Source: a bacterium
GTDB lineage: Bacteria; Patescibacteriota; Minisyncoccia; Phycocordibacterales; UBA12445
Assembly (NCBI GenBank): GCA_030648005.1
Contig: JAUSIP010000004.1
Location: forward strand, 1 to 61,321
Length of the DNA: 61,321 bases
Direction: 5' to 3'
The stretch's first letter is position 1. Each line of letters starts with the position of its first letter. Both the position numbers and the translations under genes were made by a program. Under the pieces are notes generated by a model. It saw only the letters and a list, made by a program, of their open reading frames with translations, made no database searches and was not told the DNA's origin. Below, piece by piece: positions 5,585-15,666 of this stretch.

Positions 5585-7021
5585 TTATAACTTAAAATAA
5601 GCAAGGATAGATTTAAAAATAGATCTAGGTTTCTCTATGACTTGATTTGACACTAGGGCTAACTTAGGGACGGCTATCTCTTCTTTTTTAGAAACAGCAG
5701 TAACTTTCACTGGCTTAGCGATCTGGAGTTCAAGCTGTTTCCTAGCTTCTGCAATCTTCTGCTGGAGACTCAATATGGCTGCAGTAGTAGAAGCCTGGCT
5801 GGTGCTCGTAGCGGAATAAACAGAAGATTCAACCTTGTGAATAGTGAGGATAGATTTAAAAATCGAAACTATATTCTTAGCTGGTGAAATCAACTTAAGA
5901 CCAGAGGTATCCAGGCTCAAACCTGTCACCTCTTTTGAAAATATGACCTCATGTTTCGGCAGGATAATGGTGTCTTCAGGAATAGTAAAACTTGATCGCG
6001 CTGATACAAGCTGCCAGCCGCCGAGATTGGCTTCATAGTCAGCAGAATTTTTTATCTTTACAGAGTCTGAAGTTACATCTGTGATAGAGAGCTCTGCAGG
6101 TACAACACGAACATTAGTTCTAGCGACATATGTTTCAGCATTCTTCACAACATTCATAATCACCACATAATCTCCCTGAAATTTGTAAGTGTGCAGTACG
6201 ACCTTACCCGTTGCCGTCTGCCCGTCACCGAAGGACCAGGAGACGTTGCCGCCGTCTAAGTCCTCATATTTGCTATTAGTAAGACTCTCTTCAAATGCAA
6301 CAGGGGTTTCAGTAAGCGCCAACCTGTTGCGTCCGGCGTAAGCAAAGATCTTCACCTCTTCAATCTTAGTAGAAAGATCAGCCGGGCTAGAGTGAGCTGA
6401 GAGACCAGAAAAATCTTGTGATACAGAAGTGCCCGAACTATTATTGGCCAATGAACTTGCATCTGAATTTGCATTAACTATCGCAAACGAACTATTCAAA
6501 GCGCGAGGAGTGCCCGTAGCTGTAGTCCACGCACTGCCGGATTTCTGCATTGTCTGTTTTGTTGCTGAATCCCCTGCCGGCCAGCCGGAAGAGACATCGA
6601 AAGAATCTAGAATATCACCCGAAGACGATTTGAGAATTAAAAACTCGCCGGAATTTGATAGACCGCTTCCACCAAACGAACCAAGATCGTCAGCCAGGCC
6701 TCCCACCGGATCGGGCATAGATGGAGTACTTCTGGCTATCAGATAATAACCATCCGGAGCAATAGATTTTGTAAGTTTAATTATCTGCGTAGTTCCACCT
6801 CCTTCATAAAGCACCGCGTCTTTAAGATCTACCGCATCCACAGAGTCGTTATACAACTCGATCCATTCACCATACTGACTTGCCTCATTACCCATCCAAG
6901 CCACTTCGTTTATATAAACTTTAGCCGAAGATATACCCGGCAAAACAAAATTTATAGCAAGAACCGCCACCAAAGTTTTTCTGAACTTTCTTAGAAACAT
7001 AGAGTTAAAATTATTTGGCAA
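5585..7021 (-). CDS. secreted protein with lamin-tail domain (LTD) - PKD - LTD architecture
   Basis: Signal-like N-terminus FRKTLVAVLAINFVLPGISSA. LTD pattern YINEVAWMG...EWIELYN. PKD pattern SWSFGDGQTATGKVVLHTYKFQGDYVV. The second LTD-like region includes GGWQLVS. Start is TTG 7021 or ATG 7000. Confidence 0.65.
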   Translation of the reverse strand: MPNNFNSMFLRKFRKTLVAVLAINFVLPGISSAKVYINEVAWMGNEASQYGEWIELYNDSVDAVDLKDAVLYEGGGTTQIIKLTKSIAPDGYYLIARSTPSMPDPVGGLADDLGSFGGSGLSNSGEFLILKSSSGDILDSFDVSSGWPAGDSATKQTMQKSGSAWTTATGTPRALNSSFAIVNANSDASSLANNSSGTSVSQDFSGLSAHSSPADLSTKIEEVKIFAYAGRNRLALTETPVAFEESLTNSKYEDLDGGNVSWSFGDGQTATGKVVLHTYKFQGDYVVIMNVVKNAETYVARTNVRVVPAELSITDVTSDSVKIKNSADYEANLGGWQLVSARSSFTIPEDTIILPKHEVIFSKEVTGLSLDTSGLKLISPAKNIVSIFKSILTIHKVESSVYSATSTSQASTTAAILSLQQKIAEARKQLELQIAKPVKVTAVSKKEEIAVPKLALVSNQVIEKPRSIFKSILAYFKL

Positions 7022-7038
7022 AAAATATCTCTCTCGTT

Positions 7039-9231
7039 CTATGGATTGCGCCCGGCTTGTATCTCACTTATGAAGTGCTCGCCATTAACTTTAAATTCTG
7101 GGCTGATCGTTATCGCTATTCTCAACTCCTCAACAGCCTTGCTACGCTGGCCGTTAGCCAAATAACTTGCAGCTAAAGAGATATGGAACTGCGCATTCTT
7201 AGGATCCAACGCGACCTTCTTCTTCCAGATCTCGATAACCTTATCATAGCGACTGACAGCGGCGTAAGCATTGACAAATCTATCATCCGGCGGAGTATCT
7301 GTACCGTAAGTCTTCATCATTAGCGCCTGGATCTCCGGATCCTTGTCTCTCTTGGCATAGATAGCTATCGTGGCATAAATTCTGGCAGACTCGGGGAAAT
7401 TCGGCTCTATGTCATAAGCATACTTAGCCTTCTCAAGAGCCTTGTCATACTCTTTCCTATTTATGTACACCGAGGCTAACTCAAATAAAAGCATCTGCTT
7501 CTTCGGGGAGAGCTCCACCGCCTTCTCTGCTTGTACTAACGCCTCATCCTGCAAACCATAGCTAGTAAGCAAGCTAGACATGAATATCCTGTACCTGGCA
7601 TCATTAGGCGAAGCATTTATCTGCTTAGTCATTTCCTCTTTGGCTAGATTTACATATTCGAGCTTTATCTCGTTATCAATATTGGCATTGCGTATTCCAA
7701 CTGCCCTCTGTGCCAGCTGTTCTCTTGCCTCAACAGAACCAAAAGTTTTATAAGCGAACGCCTCTTTGAAAAATAAGATGCTCTGTTTGTGATCCTGCAC
7801 CGACAAAGCTCTTATTAAGGTTCTGGATGTTAAGATTGGCTTGACGTTAACAAAGTAAACAGTAAGGGCAAGACCAACCAGAACAAGAGATGCCATAAAC
7901 TGCATAAAGAACATATCCTCGGGACCCTCCGCAACCTTATGACGTACGGCAACCTCCCTGCTTCCATAATGCAAATAAGCCAACAGTGTAAAGAATATTG
8001 TATAGCTCATTAAGTTATCGAATACAAATATATTCTGGATAAAATAAGCAGCGAACATGCCGGTAAAAATTGTCTTGTCTAAAAGAGTGAACTTGAGTCG
8101 ATCAGACTTTTTCCAAATCGCATACAGCCCCGCAGCGAACAACGATAAATAAGCAGTAAGGCCAAGAAGCCCGCCAGCAGTCAGCCAATCGAAGAAGACG
8201 TCATGCGCCCGGTCAAACCACGGTTCCTGAGCAAACATCCCGGGATCATAGTATTTATTAAAAACAATATTAAAGTTGTCCTGTCCCCATCCAAGTATTG
8301 GATGTTCCACGGATCCCTTAAGAGCTGAACCCCAGACCATAAAGCGAGACTCCTTTGCTAAATTCTGAATATTTATCTCACCAAAACGACTTAGTGTCTG
8401 GCTTGTTTTAACAAATTCAAGATTCCTGGCCGGAATAAATAGAAGCACCGCAAGCGCCACTCCTCCAAGTAGCGCAATAGACGCCCTCTTAGCCTTCTGA
8501 CTTCCAAAGTAGGCCAATATAAGGCCCGAAGTGATTACACCTGCGAATAGGCCTATCAGTGCGCCTCGGGTAGCTGTTTTGTATAAGATGAAAAAGTAAG
8601 AGAGTGCCAAAAAGAGATAAACGAACCTGCCGTTACCTTCCGACTTGTCGCCTACTTCACCTGATCTAAAGTAGTAAAACACAGATATAAACATCAAGAA
8701 CAACATGTGTACAGCTAGATATGTTGCATTGCCAAAGGTGGCATCCACACGGAAGGCGCCCTGATTGATCACGATCAAGCCTGCCAGCTGTGCGCAAGAG
8801 TAGATAAAGATAAGCACTCCGACGCCGAGAATTGTTTTGAAATATCTATCCCAAAGCTTCTGTGTATTGAGCACAGAACCCAGCACCAGGAAATATCCAC
8901 ACATGTGAATGAGCGCCACCAGCCCCTCCATTCTTTCATAATTTGACCAAAAGCTTCTATAAAAGTTGGCTCCAAAAAAATCTGCAATCGTCATAACTGC
9001 TAAAAATGCGCCGATCGTGTAGAGGATCATCGACTTGCCGGGCGCGTATTCCTTGTCTCTGAGTATCAGTATCGCCCAAAGAGCCAAGATTACCTCTACG
9101 ATAATTCTAAAAGCGAAGTTCTTGCCCGTTATGAACGGAAAGAACATGCCGTTGGCTACATAAAGCGGAATAAACGGTATTATAAAAATACCCACAAGAA
9201 TTGTATTACGTAAAATTTTATTTAGTTGCAT
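7039..9231 (-). CDS. O-antigen ligase/polymerase-like (Wzy_C) polytopic membrane protein with C-terminal TPR repeats
   Basis: More than 10 TM segments, a KTATRGALIGLFAGV loop typical of the O-antigen ligase family, and ~230 aa of TPR-like repeats at the C-terminus. ATG 9231 is preferred because a terminator (9277-9305) and a promoter lie inside the longer GTG-9315 version. Confidence 0.65.
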   Translation of the reverse strand: MQLNKILRNTILVGIFIIPFIPLYVANGMFFPFITGKNFAFRIIVEVILALWAILILRDKEYAPGKSMILYTIGAFLAVMTIADFFGANFYRSFWSNYERMEGLVALIHMCGYFLVLGSVLNTQKLWDRYFKTILGVGVLIFIYSCAQLAGLIVINQGAFRVDATFGNATYLAVHMLFLMFISVFYYFRSGEVGDKSEGNGRFVYLFLALSYFFILYKTATRGALIGLFAGVITSGLILAYFGSQKAKRASIALLGGVALAVLLFIPARNLEFVKTSQTLSRFGEINIQNLAKESRFMVWGSALKGSVEHPILGWGQDNFNIVFNKYYDPGMFAQEPWFDRAHDVFFDWLTAGGLLGLTAYLSLFAAGLYAIWKKSDRLKFTLLDKTIFTGMFAAYFIQNIFVFDNLMSYTIFFTLLAYLHYGSREVAVRHKVAEGPEDMFFMQFMASLVLVGLALTVYFVNVKPILTSRTLIRALSVQDHKQSILFFKEAFAYKTFGSVEAREQLAQRAVGIRNANIDNEIKLEYVNLAKEEMTKQINASPNDARYRIFMSSLLTSYGLQDEALVQAEKAVELSPKKQMLLFELASVYINRKEYDKALEKAKYAYDIEPNFPESARIYATIAIYAKRDKDPEIQALMMKTYGTDTPPDDRFVNAYAAVSRYDKVIEIWKKKVALDPKNAQFHISLAASYLANGQRSKAVEELRIAITISPEFKVNGEHFISEIQAGRNP

Positions 9232-9237
9232 TCCTAA

Positions 9238-9267
9238 AATATAGCATAAAGGCCATGTGTACCTCAA
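9238..9267 (-). promoter_or_regulatory. promoter giving a probably leaderless mRNA for the O-antigen-ligase-like gene
   Basis: Minus strand reads TTGAGG (9267-9262), 18-nt spacer, TATATT (9243-9238), then 6 nt to ATG 9231. Confidence 0.45.
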
Positions 9268-9276
9268 TATTGACAG

Positions 9277-9305
9277 GCAAAATAAAACCCCCAGATACCT
9301 GGGGG
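9277..9305 (-). terminator. Rho-independent terminator ending the large glycan operon
   Basis: Minus strand reads CCCCCAG-GTAT-CTGGGGG (7 bp), then TTTTATTTT, immediately after the radical SAM stop at 9312. Confidence 0.7.
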
Positions 9306-9311
9306 TTGAAC

Positions 9312-10814
9312 TCACTTTGAAACTCGGAGAATATTGGAAGGGATACCACCCATCTGGCCCATCGAGTGCTCGTACCTGATGGCAGGTGAACCCGGATTGA
9401 AAGGAATGTTCAGTACTGCCCGAACCATCTTCTCAACTCTGTCGCGCTCCAGAACGAGGTCTTCCGGCGACAACGTATCAGTAAAGACGTAAGCGTTGTA
9501 GCCTCCGTCAGGATCACCCTTGTAGTAGTCAGCAACTAGATTATAATCAACTTCGATCTGGAAGAGTCTGTCTCCCGTTCTCTTGTAGGTATAGATGTAA
9601 ACACCGGGCCTGCTTGGATCCGGGACAGCTTCATCATAGTAAGGAGTACCAGCGTAACAGGTGATGATCGTAACATCGAAATCTGCAGGCTTCACCTCGA
9701 GCAGCCAGTCAGCAGTATCCTTGATCGTCTCCAGGCTTTCACCCGGATGACCAATAGACATCAGTGCCTTAACCTTGAGTCCGTGCCTCTTGGCAATCTC
9801 CATACAGCGGGTGTTCTCTTCTCGTGTTGCCTGCTTGTTAATATTTGTCAGAATTCTCGAGGAACCGGACTCGAAGCCAACAAGAATCCAGCGGAAACCG
9901 GCCTCATACATAGCTTTAGCCTGAGCGTCAGTGAAGAGCTGAGACTTGATGAATCCGCGAAGCCTCCATTCAACACCAAGATCTCGCTGGGCCTTAGCAA
10001 TGAGATTCATCAGCTCGATTATCTTCGGGTTAACATTGAGCTCGTCATCGTACATCATAAAACCCTTGACGCCGTAAGTCTTATAAAGACTGATCATCTC
10101 ATCGACGATATTCTGCGAAGTTCTCATTCGGATCTTTCGGAGCATAGGAGATTCTCTACCACCACAGAAGCCACACCCGAAGGGGCAGCCGAGTTGCGCG
10201 ATCAGAGAAAGCGCAGACACCCCATCAATAGAGTAGTGGTAACTAGAAACGTCTACCAGATCTCTTGCGGGAAAAGGCAGACCAGTCAGCATTGAGTTAG
10301 ACAGGAAAAGAGGAGACCTTGGATCGTCGGCATCAACGAGTTTTGAGGCATCAGGATCGCAAGCATAAAGTATTGCCTCTTCACCGTCGCCAGCAACCAG
10401 CACATCAAACATGGCTTCAGCCTGGCGCATAGCCTTCACAGCCCGGCCGACTATTCCAATCTTAACCTCCTTCTTATAGGCGGCATTTACTAGCGTAATA
10501 TGCGGGCCACCGAGGATGACCTTCGCGCCGGGCTTGACCTCTTTGATAACACGAAGGATCTCAGCGACAGCCGGCATGAGTGGAGTTGTAGCTGTGATAC
10601 CGAAGATATCGCATATAGAATTCTTCGCATGATCACGGACCACTTCAAGAAAATTGTCAACTCCCGACAAGTCAAGCATCTCAATTCTAGACCCCATCGC
10701 CCTAAGTACCGCGGCAACCTTCAGAATTCCGAGACTCATGAAGACTCTCTCATCCAAAAGAAAGATTGATGGCGGAGTGATCAAGCAGATACTCTTAGGA
10801 ACGGTTCTCCTCAC
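9312..10814 (-). CDS. B12-binding-domain radical SAM enzyme
   Basis: CPFGCGFC is the CxxxCxxC motif. The N-terminal Rossmann-like cobalamin-binding-type domain shows ICLITPP...VILGGPH. Total length 500 aa. Confidence 0.75.
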   Translation of the reverse strand: MRRTVPKSICLITPPSIFLLDERVFMSLGILKVAAVLRAMGSRIEMLDLSGVDNFLEVVRDHAKNSICDIFGITATTPLMPAVAEILRVIKEVKPGAKVILGGPHITLVNAAYKKEVKIGIVGRAVKAMRQAEAMFDVLVAGDGEEAILYACDPDASKLVDADDPRSPLFLSNSMLTGLPFPARDLVDVSSYHYSIDGVSALSLIAQLGCPFGCGFCGGRESPMLRKIRMRTSQNIVDEMISLYKTYGVKGFMMYDDELNVNPKIIELMNLIAKAQRDLGVEWRLRGFIKSQLFTDAQAKAMYEAGFRWILVGFESGSSRILTNINKQATREENTRCMEIAKRHGLKVKALMSIGHPGESLETIKDTADWLLEVKPADFDVTIITCYAGTPYYDEAVPDPSRPGVYIYTYKRTGDRLFQIEVDYNLVADYYKGDPDGGYNAYVFTDTLSPEDLVLERDRVEKMVRAVLNIPFNPGSPAIRYEHSMGQMGGIPSNILRVSK

Positions 10815-10912
10815 TGCACACCCCCTAGTTTTAAGTCAAAGGACTATCGTTTATATAAAAATATAAAGAATCCGGTCTGTAAAGTCGATATTGACAACCA
10901 GACTATTTATAA

Positions 10913-11899
10913 TTACTGTTTCCCCTCTTTTAACTTCAACAACCAAGATTTGTTTTTGTTGAACCAGTCTATGTAAAGCGCAACCCCTTTATCGATCTTA
11001 ATCTTAGGGTCAAAGCCGAGCTCGCGACGGGCCTTAGTAACGTCGGCGAAGTTCTCCTTCACGTCCCCAGGCTGCATTGGAAGCATTTTAAGTTTGGCTT
11101 TCTTATTAAGATTCGTCTCGATAAGTTTTATAAAATTCATCAAACTGATAGGGTTATCGCCACCAAGATTATATATCTCATAATTTAAATCTTTCTTATT
11201 CAAAATCGCAATAATCCCATCAACAATATCACTTACGTAAGTGAAGTCGCGTCCCATCTCGCCGTTATTATAAACATCTATCGGTTTGCCTAACAAAATA
11301 CTTTTAGTGAATTTAAATAGTGCCAGATCGGGACGATTATAGTCGCCATAGACAGTAAAGAAGCGCATACCGGCCGTCTCTATACCATACAAATGATGGT
11401 ACGAGTGAGCAAGTAGTTCATTAGCGCGTTTAGAAGCGGCATAGATCGAAATCGGCTGATCAACACGATGATCTTCAGAAAATGGCGAAATAGTATTCTT
11501 ACCATATACGGAGCTAGACGAGGCATATAGAACTCGCTTGATCTTATTATTTTTAGCAGTTTCAAAGATATTCATAGTTCCGAGATAATTTGCCTCGGCA
11601 TAAGCCCATGGATTCGTCAGCGAATACCTGACTCCAGCTTGAGCTGCAAGGTGGATGATCACTTCCGGCTTCTCTTTTTTTACTATTTTATCTAAAGCTT
11701 TATAGTCAGCAATATTCGTTTTGTAGAATTTATAATTCTGGCTTTCCAACAAAATTTTATTTCTTCTGATTTTCATCCTGATATCGTAATAATCAGTAAT
11801 ACTATCCACGCCAACTACTCGATATCCATCATTCAAAAGCCTCTTGGCTAAGTGGAAGCCGATGAAACCAGCTGTGCCTGTAACCAAAATTGTTTTCAT
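10913..11899 (-). CDS. NAD-dependent sugar-nucleotide epimerase (UDP-glucuronate 4-epimerase-like SDR)
   Basis: GTAGFIGFHL, LAAQAGVRYS and the YAASK catalytic YxxxK. Overall similar to Cap1J/UDP-GlcA 4-epimerases. Confidence 0.7.
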   Translation of the reverse strand: MKTILVTGTAGFIGFHLAKRLLNDGYRVVGVDSITDYYDIRMKIRRNKILLESQNYKFYKTNIADYKALDKIVKKEKPEVIIHLAAQAGVRYSLTNPWAYAEANYLGTMNIFETAKNNKIKRVLYASSSSVYGKNTISPFSEDHRVDQPISIYAASKRANELLAHSYHHLYGIETAGMRFFTVYGDYNRPDLALFKFTKSILLGKPIDVYNNGEMGRDFTYVSDIVDGIIAILNKKDLNYEIYNLGGDNPISLMNFIKLIETNLNKKAKLKMLPMQPGDVKENFADVTKARRELGFDPKIKIDKGVALYIDWFNKNKSWLLKLKEGKQ

Positions 11900-13695
11900 T
11901 ACTTTTTTAAATGATAAGTTTTGTAGAAATAAGAGTCTTCATCTTCAATCAACTTCTTTGGATCCCCTTCTTCAACCACTCGCCCGTTATCAAGAACAAA
12001 AAGTCTGTCAGCGTCCATCACTGTAGAAAGCCTGTGAGCAATTATTATTATGGTGATCCTGCCCTTCAAACTGTGAATCGCCTTCTGGATTAATAGCTCC
12101 GACTCGTTATCTAGGGCACTGGTCGCCTCGTCTAAAATAATCACGGACGGCTTTCTTGCCAGTATCCTGGCTAGGACAATTCTCTGCCTCTGTCCGCCCG
12201 AGAGCATTACCCCCCGATCTCCGACCAGAGTCTTGAACCCCTTCGACTGCTTGTCTATGAACTCTATGGCGTTGGCAAGCTCTGCTCCCATCTTAATATC
12301 TTCATCTGTTACACCGTCGTCATAAAAACGGATATTATTTTCGATTGTGTCGTGCATCAAGAAGACATCTTGCGAGACATATCCGATAGATTTGCGCCAG
12401 CTCTTTGTCTCTATCTCATTTATATCTATTCCGTCGAGCGTGATCCTGCCATCTGTTGGCTTCAAGAATTTCAACAGCAGATCCGCGACCGAAGACTTGC
12501 CCGCACCAGATGGTCCGATTAGTCCGACGACCTCGCCCTTCTTTATCTTAATATCAATATCAGACAGAATCGGATGTCCGTCTTCATAAGAGAAGCCTAT
12601 CTTGTCTAGATGCAAGGTCTTGCTGAATTTAAAAGGCTTCTTGCCGGAAGTATCCTCTTTATTTTTCTCCACCTCGTTCTTGAACGCCAGGATATTCTTA
12701 AGGAACGGAGTCTGTTCATTGACTGAGTGGAAAGCGGCCTGTGTGTTGTCTAGGTAAGTGAAGATCTTCTGGATCAGATACACTGTCACAATAAAAGAGG
12801 GCAGATTGAAATTTGGCTGTTTAGAATAATAATAGAATAGCGATGAGATGAAGACTAGCGATACCGGTTGCATAAAGTTGGCGAGAGCGGATCGAAAAAC
12901 AACTATCTTCATATTCAAAACTTTCATCAGATCGTAGAAGCCCTCACCCTTTTCAATAACTCGATCTTCAACAGTCAGAGATTTAACATTCTTAGCACCG
13001 GAAATATTTTCAATCAGATAACTTGAAACTAGCTTCTCCGTCTCAGCCATCTGACCAAAAGTAGCTCTGTTCTTTTTAACGAACGGAAAGAGCATCAGTA
13101 CGGCCAGCATACCGACAAGCAAGGTCAAACTGGTTATACCGGAAGATATATTGAGTGCGAAGAAGAGATACACCAGGAGACCTGTCGAGGATACAATGAA
13201 GCGAGAAAGATAGACCATTGTATCGGAAGTCGTCTGCATATCTCGAAAGATTGTCGCCTGGATATAACCCAACTTCTTACCAAGGAGAAATGTCCACTTA
13301 GCCGCAAAAACCGACTTCAGCAGACTCTTAACGGACTGATTCTTGTAGTCGATCATTGTCGTATAAGAAAAGTATGAGAATAAAATCAGGACGATAGCCC
13401 TAATAAGAAACAAGCTGATAGTCAGACTGATCAGAAAAATAAGATCATGCTCAAAAGGTAGGTAACTTAAATATTTTGTAATATTTCTGGATATGAAGTC
13501 TTCAGCGGGTATACTGCTTTTAGTAAAAAAAGAGAAAACGGGTATAAGAACGTTGATGCCGACACTTTCCAGTAGGCCACCAAGGAAGCCGAGAAGGGCA
13601 AGCCCCAAAAGCTTGACTCTAAAACCACGAAAAGATTCGTTCAAAACCCTGAAGACTTCGGATAGATTTAATATTTTTTTTATAAACTTTATCAT
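11899..13695 (-). CDS. ABC exporter, fused permease/ATPase (MsbA/Wzm-Wzt-role candidate)
   Basis: N-terminal 6-TM domain. Walker A is GPSGAGKSS, the signature is LSGGQRQR and Walker B is IIILDEATSALD. Confidence 0.85.
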   Translation of the reverse strand: MIKFIKKILNLSEVFRVLNESFRGFRVKLLGLALLGFLGGLLESVGINVLIPVFSFFTKSSIPAEDFISRNITKYLSYLPFEHDLIFLISLTISLFLIRAIVLILFSYFSYTTMIDYKNQSVKSLLKSVFAAKWTFLLGKKLGYIQATIFRDMQTTSDTMVYLSRFIVSSTGLLVYLFFALNISSGITSLTLLVGMLAVLMLFPFVKKNRATFGQMAETEKLVSSYLIENISGAKNVKSLTVEDRVIEKGEGFYDLMKVLNMKIVVFRSALANFMQPVSLVFISSLFYYYSKQPNFNLPSFIVTVYLIQKIFTYLDNTQAAFHSVNEQTPFLKNILAFKNEVEKNKEDTSGKKPFKFSKTLHLDKIGFSYEDGHPILSDIDIKIKKGEVVGLIGPSGAGKSSVADLLLKFLKPTDGRITLDGIDINEIETKSWRKSIGYVSQDVFLMHDTIENNIRFYDDGVTDEDIKMGAELANAIEFIDKQSKGFKTLVGDRGVMLSGGQRQRIVLARILARKPSVIILDEATSALDNESELLIQKAIHSLKGRITIIIIAHRLSTVMDADRLFVLDNGRVVEEGDPKKLIEDEDSYFYKTYHLKK

Positions 13696-13697
13696 AT

Positions 13698-14648
13698 TTA
13701 ATTTCCAAAATAAATTTCGAAATATGGCTTAAGCTCTGCATTAAAACTAATCTTGTAATCGCTACGATTTGGAGAATTAGCACCGACGATATCAACCTCC
13801 TGGCATCCTGACTCAAAAGCATCTTTGATCATCTCTACCGACAGGTAAGTATAGCCACCAAGATCTCTATACTTTGAGTCAGTAGCGCCGAATAGGAAGA
13901 ATGAGGAACGGTTATCTTGTAAGGTCAGGAGGCTAGCAATCGATTCACCGTCCTTCAGCGCAGACTTAAGTGAGCCAAAATTATCTGCAAGCGCCTTTTT
14001 TGTAATGCTTTTAACTAACACAGAGTCGTTATCTGCTCTCTCTATACCCTGCCTCTTAAAAACATCGTCATGTAGACGATCCATGATGCTTTCATCAGCG
14101 ATACTGCTTATTGTCAAAAATTCCTTGGCCTTCAGATATTCCCTCTTCCTATTACGCCTAATGCCAGAAAGAAAGCTGTCTAAAACATTATAACTTTTTT
14201 TATCAATTATCGGAGTATATCTAAGCTGTATCTTAAACTGCCCCATCTTCGGCTCATGATAATTATACCAGAGGAACGGGCGCATATCATTGAAGCGCCA
14301 ATGCTGGCAAAGATAAAACTTCTTATACCTTAACACAAGCTCATTGATAAAAAACTCCATTGTCGCAAACTCATGCGCAGTTTTGGAGTGTGCCGGCATC
14401 TTGCTATTGTCCGCGAGGATCAAACCCTGATATTGAGTGAATTTATGAGCTGACATCATCGGCTCGCCATTCTTATCAAAAATTATTACGGCACCCGCAA
14501 GAATCTCTTGTCCTTCCCTGCAAGTCACCAGATCGTATTTTGCGCCGAGCGAATCTAAAAATGCAGTCGTAATAAAAATACTTCTATGAGGTGAAGTCTC
14601 AACAAATTTATCCCAGACAATCTTATCTTCTTTAAAATTTATCTCCAT
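13698..14648 (-). CDS. FemAB/BioF2-like GNAT-fold acyl(aminoacyl)transferase
   Basis: The C-terminal LGGYTYLSVEMIKDAFESGCQEVDIVGANSPNRSDYKISF fits the Acetyltransf_6/FemAB pattern. ATG 14648 lies 2 nt after the upstream stop. Confidence 0.5.
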   Translation of the reverse strand: MEINFKEDKIVWDKFVETSPHRSIFITTAFLDSLGAKYDLVTCREGQEILAGAVIIFDKNGEPMMSAHKFTQYQGLILADNSKMPAHSKTAHEFATMEFFINELVLRYKKFYLCQHWRFNDMRPFLWYNYHEPKMGQFKIQLRYTPIIDKKSYNVLDSFLSGIRRNRKREYLKAKEFLTISSIADESIMDRLHDDVFKRQGIERADNDSVLVKSITKKALADNFGSLKSALKDGESIASLLTLQDNRSSFFLFGATDSKYRDLGGYTYLSVEMIKDAFESGCQEVDIVGANSPNRSDYKISFNAELKPYFEIYFGN

Positions 14649-14650
14649 AA

Positions 14651-15655
14651 TTATTCTGTAACACACTTAACAATATCTATAACCTTCAGCACATCTTCCG
14701 TAGTCATGCCTTGATGGCAAGGCAGAGGCACGCATTCCTTGAAATCAGGTTTAAACATATTTCTGTTCACGTCAAAATGATACACACCTGTTTTAATACC
14801 CGCATCTCTTAAGGCCGAAACAACTTTTTTGTTTTTAATCTCATCAAAGAAAAGTGGTACAACCCACGGCACTACATCTTCCTTGATTAAGTCTGATAGA
14901 TACTTACTGCCACCAAAGGCTTTCTTATACAATTCATAATGAGCCCTTCTCTTCAACATCGCCCCACCTGCCACCTCTTGCTGTGATATTGCCAGAGAGT
15001 ATTCTGGGCATTTCAACAACTTGCTATATACCGCATAATCCCTTCTTAGTTCTATAACATTCTCCTGTGTAGAAGATACATCAAAATTATGACGTCTGTT
15101 AAAAACTTCTGTCGAAAGCTTCTCGTCATCTTCTTGGAACTTCTCTTCAATAAACTTCTTAATTGAATCACTCTGAGTGTATATTGACCCGCCAACCACG
15201 CTCGAAAAGAATTTACCAAGACTAAAGAAAGATGATTCGCCAAATGTACCCAATCGTTGACCTTTGTAGTAACTTTCATGAGTATGCGCACAATCCTCGA
15301 TGAAAAAGAGTTTATTATCCTCGCAGAATTTCTTAATGTAATCCATATCTTGAGGAAATCCCCATTGATGATAAACCATTATTCCCTTAACCTTCTCATT
15401 CATAAATGTTGTCGGAAAGCAGTGCTCATGCATAACCATATACACAGGATCACCAAGCCATTGTGGCACCAATATCTGATCTGATCTGTCTTTCAGCTTG
15501 CCGATATGCTGATAATATCTAAGCAGGAGTGTTAAAGAAGACTTGCCGGAAAAAGTATATACAATATCTTTATCCAACTCGCCAAAAACCGACCCCGACG
15601 ATATTGCCGGGGTAGATTTTAATGTCTTAGTAGTATAATTAAATTCAATACTCAT
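14651..15655 (-). CDS. divergent DegT/DnrJ/EryC1-like PLP enzyme
   Basis: FIEDCAHTHESYYKGQRLGTFGESSFFSLGKFFSSVVGGSIY follows the DegT layout: IEDCA..G, then FSF..K as the PLP lysine. Confidence 0.55.
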   Translation of the reverse strand: MSIEFNYTTKTLKSTPAISSGSVFGELDKDIVYTFSGKSSLTLLLRYYQHIGKLKDRSDQILVPQWLGDPVYMVMHEHCFPTTFMNEKVKGIMVYHQWGFPQDMDYIKKFCEDNKLFFIEDCAHTHESYYKGQRLGTFGESSFFSLGKFFSSVVGGSIYTQSDSIKKFIEEKFQEDDEKLSTEVFNRRHNFDVSSTQENVIELRRDYAVYSKLLKCPEYSLAISQQEVAGGAMLKRRAHYELYKKAFGGSKYLSDLIKEDVVPWVVPLFFDEIKNKKVVSALRDAGIKTGVYHFDVNRNMFKPDFKECVPLPCHQGMTTEDVLKVIDIVKCVTE

Positions 15656-15666
15656 ACTTTAATATT

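Noticed and set aside
7039-9315. Longer GTG-initiated version of the O-antigen-ligase-like gene (GTGA overlap with the radical SAM stop)
   Set aside because: The extra 28 codons are occupied by a clean terminator (9277-9305) and a promoter whose -10 sits 6 nt before ATG 9231, so the short form is preferred.
10871-10903. Possible fourth copy of the hairpin family (9-mer GTCTGGTTG on the minus strand, plus a GTCTG/CAGAC hairpin)
   Set aside because: Only the 9-mer matches, which is expected by chance at roughly 0.5 occurrences in both strands of 61 kb. There are no GA...GA flanks, no CCGAGGAC and no AT clamp.
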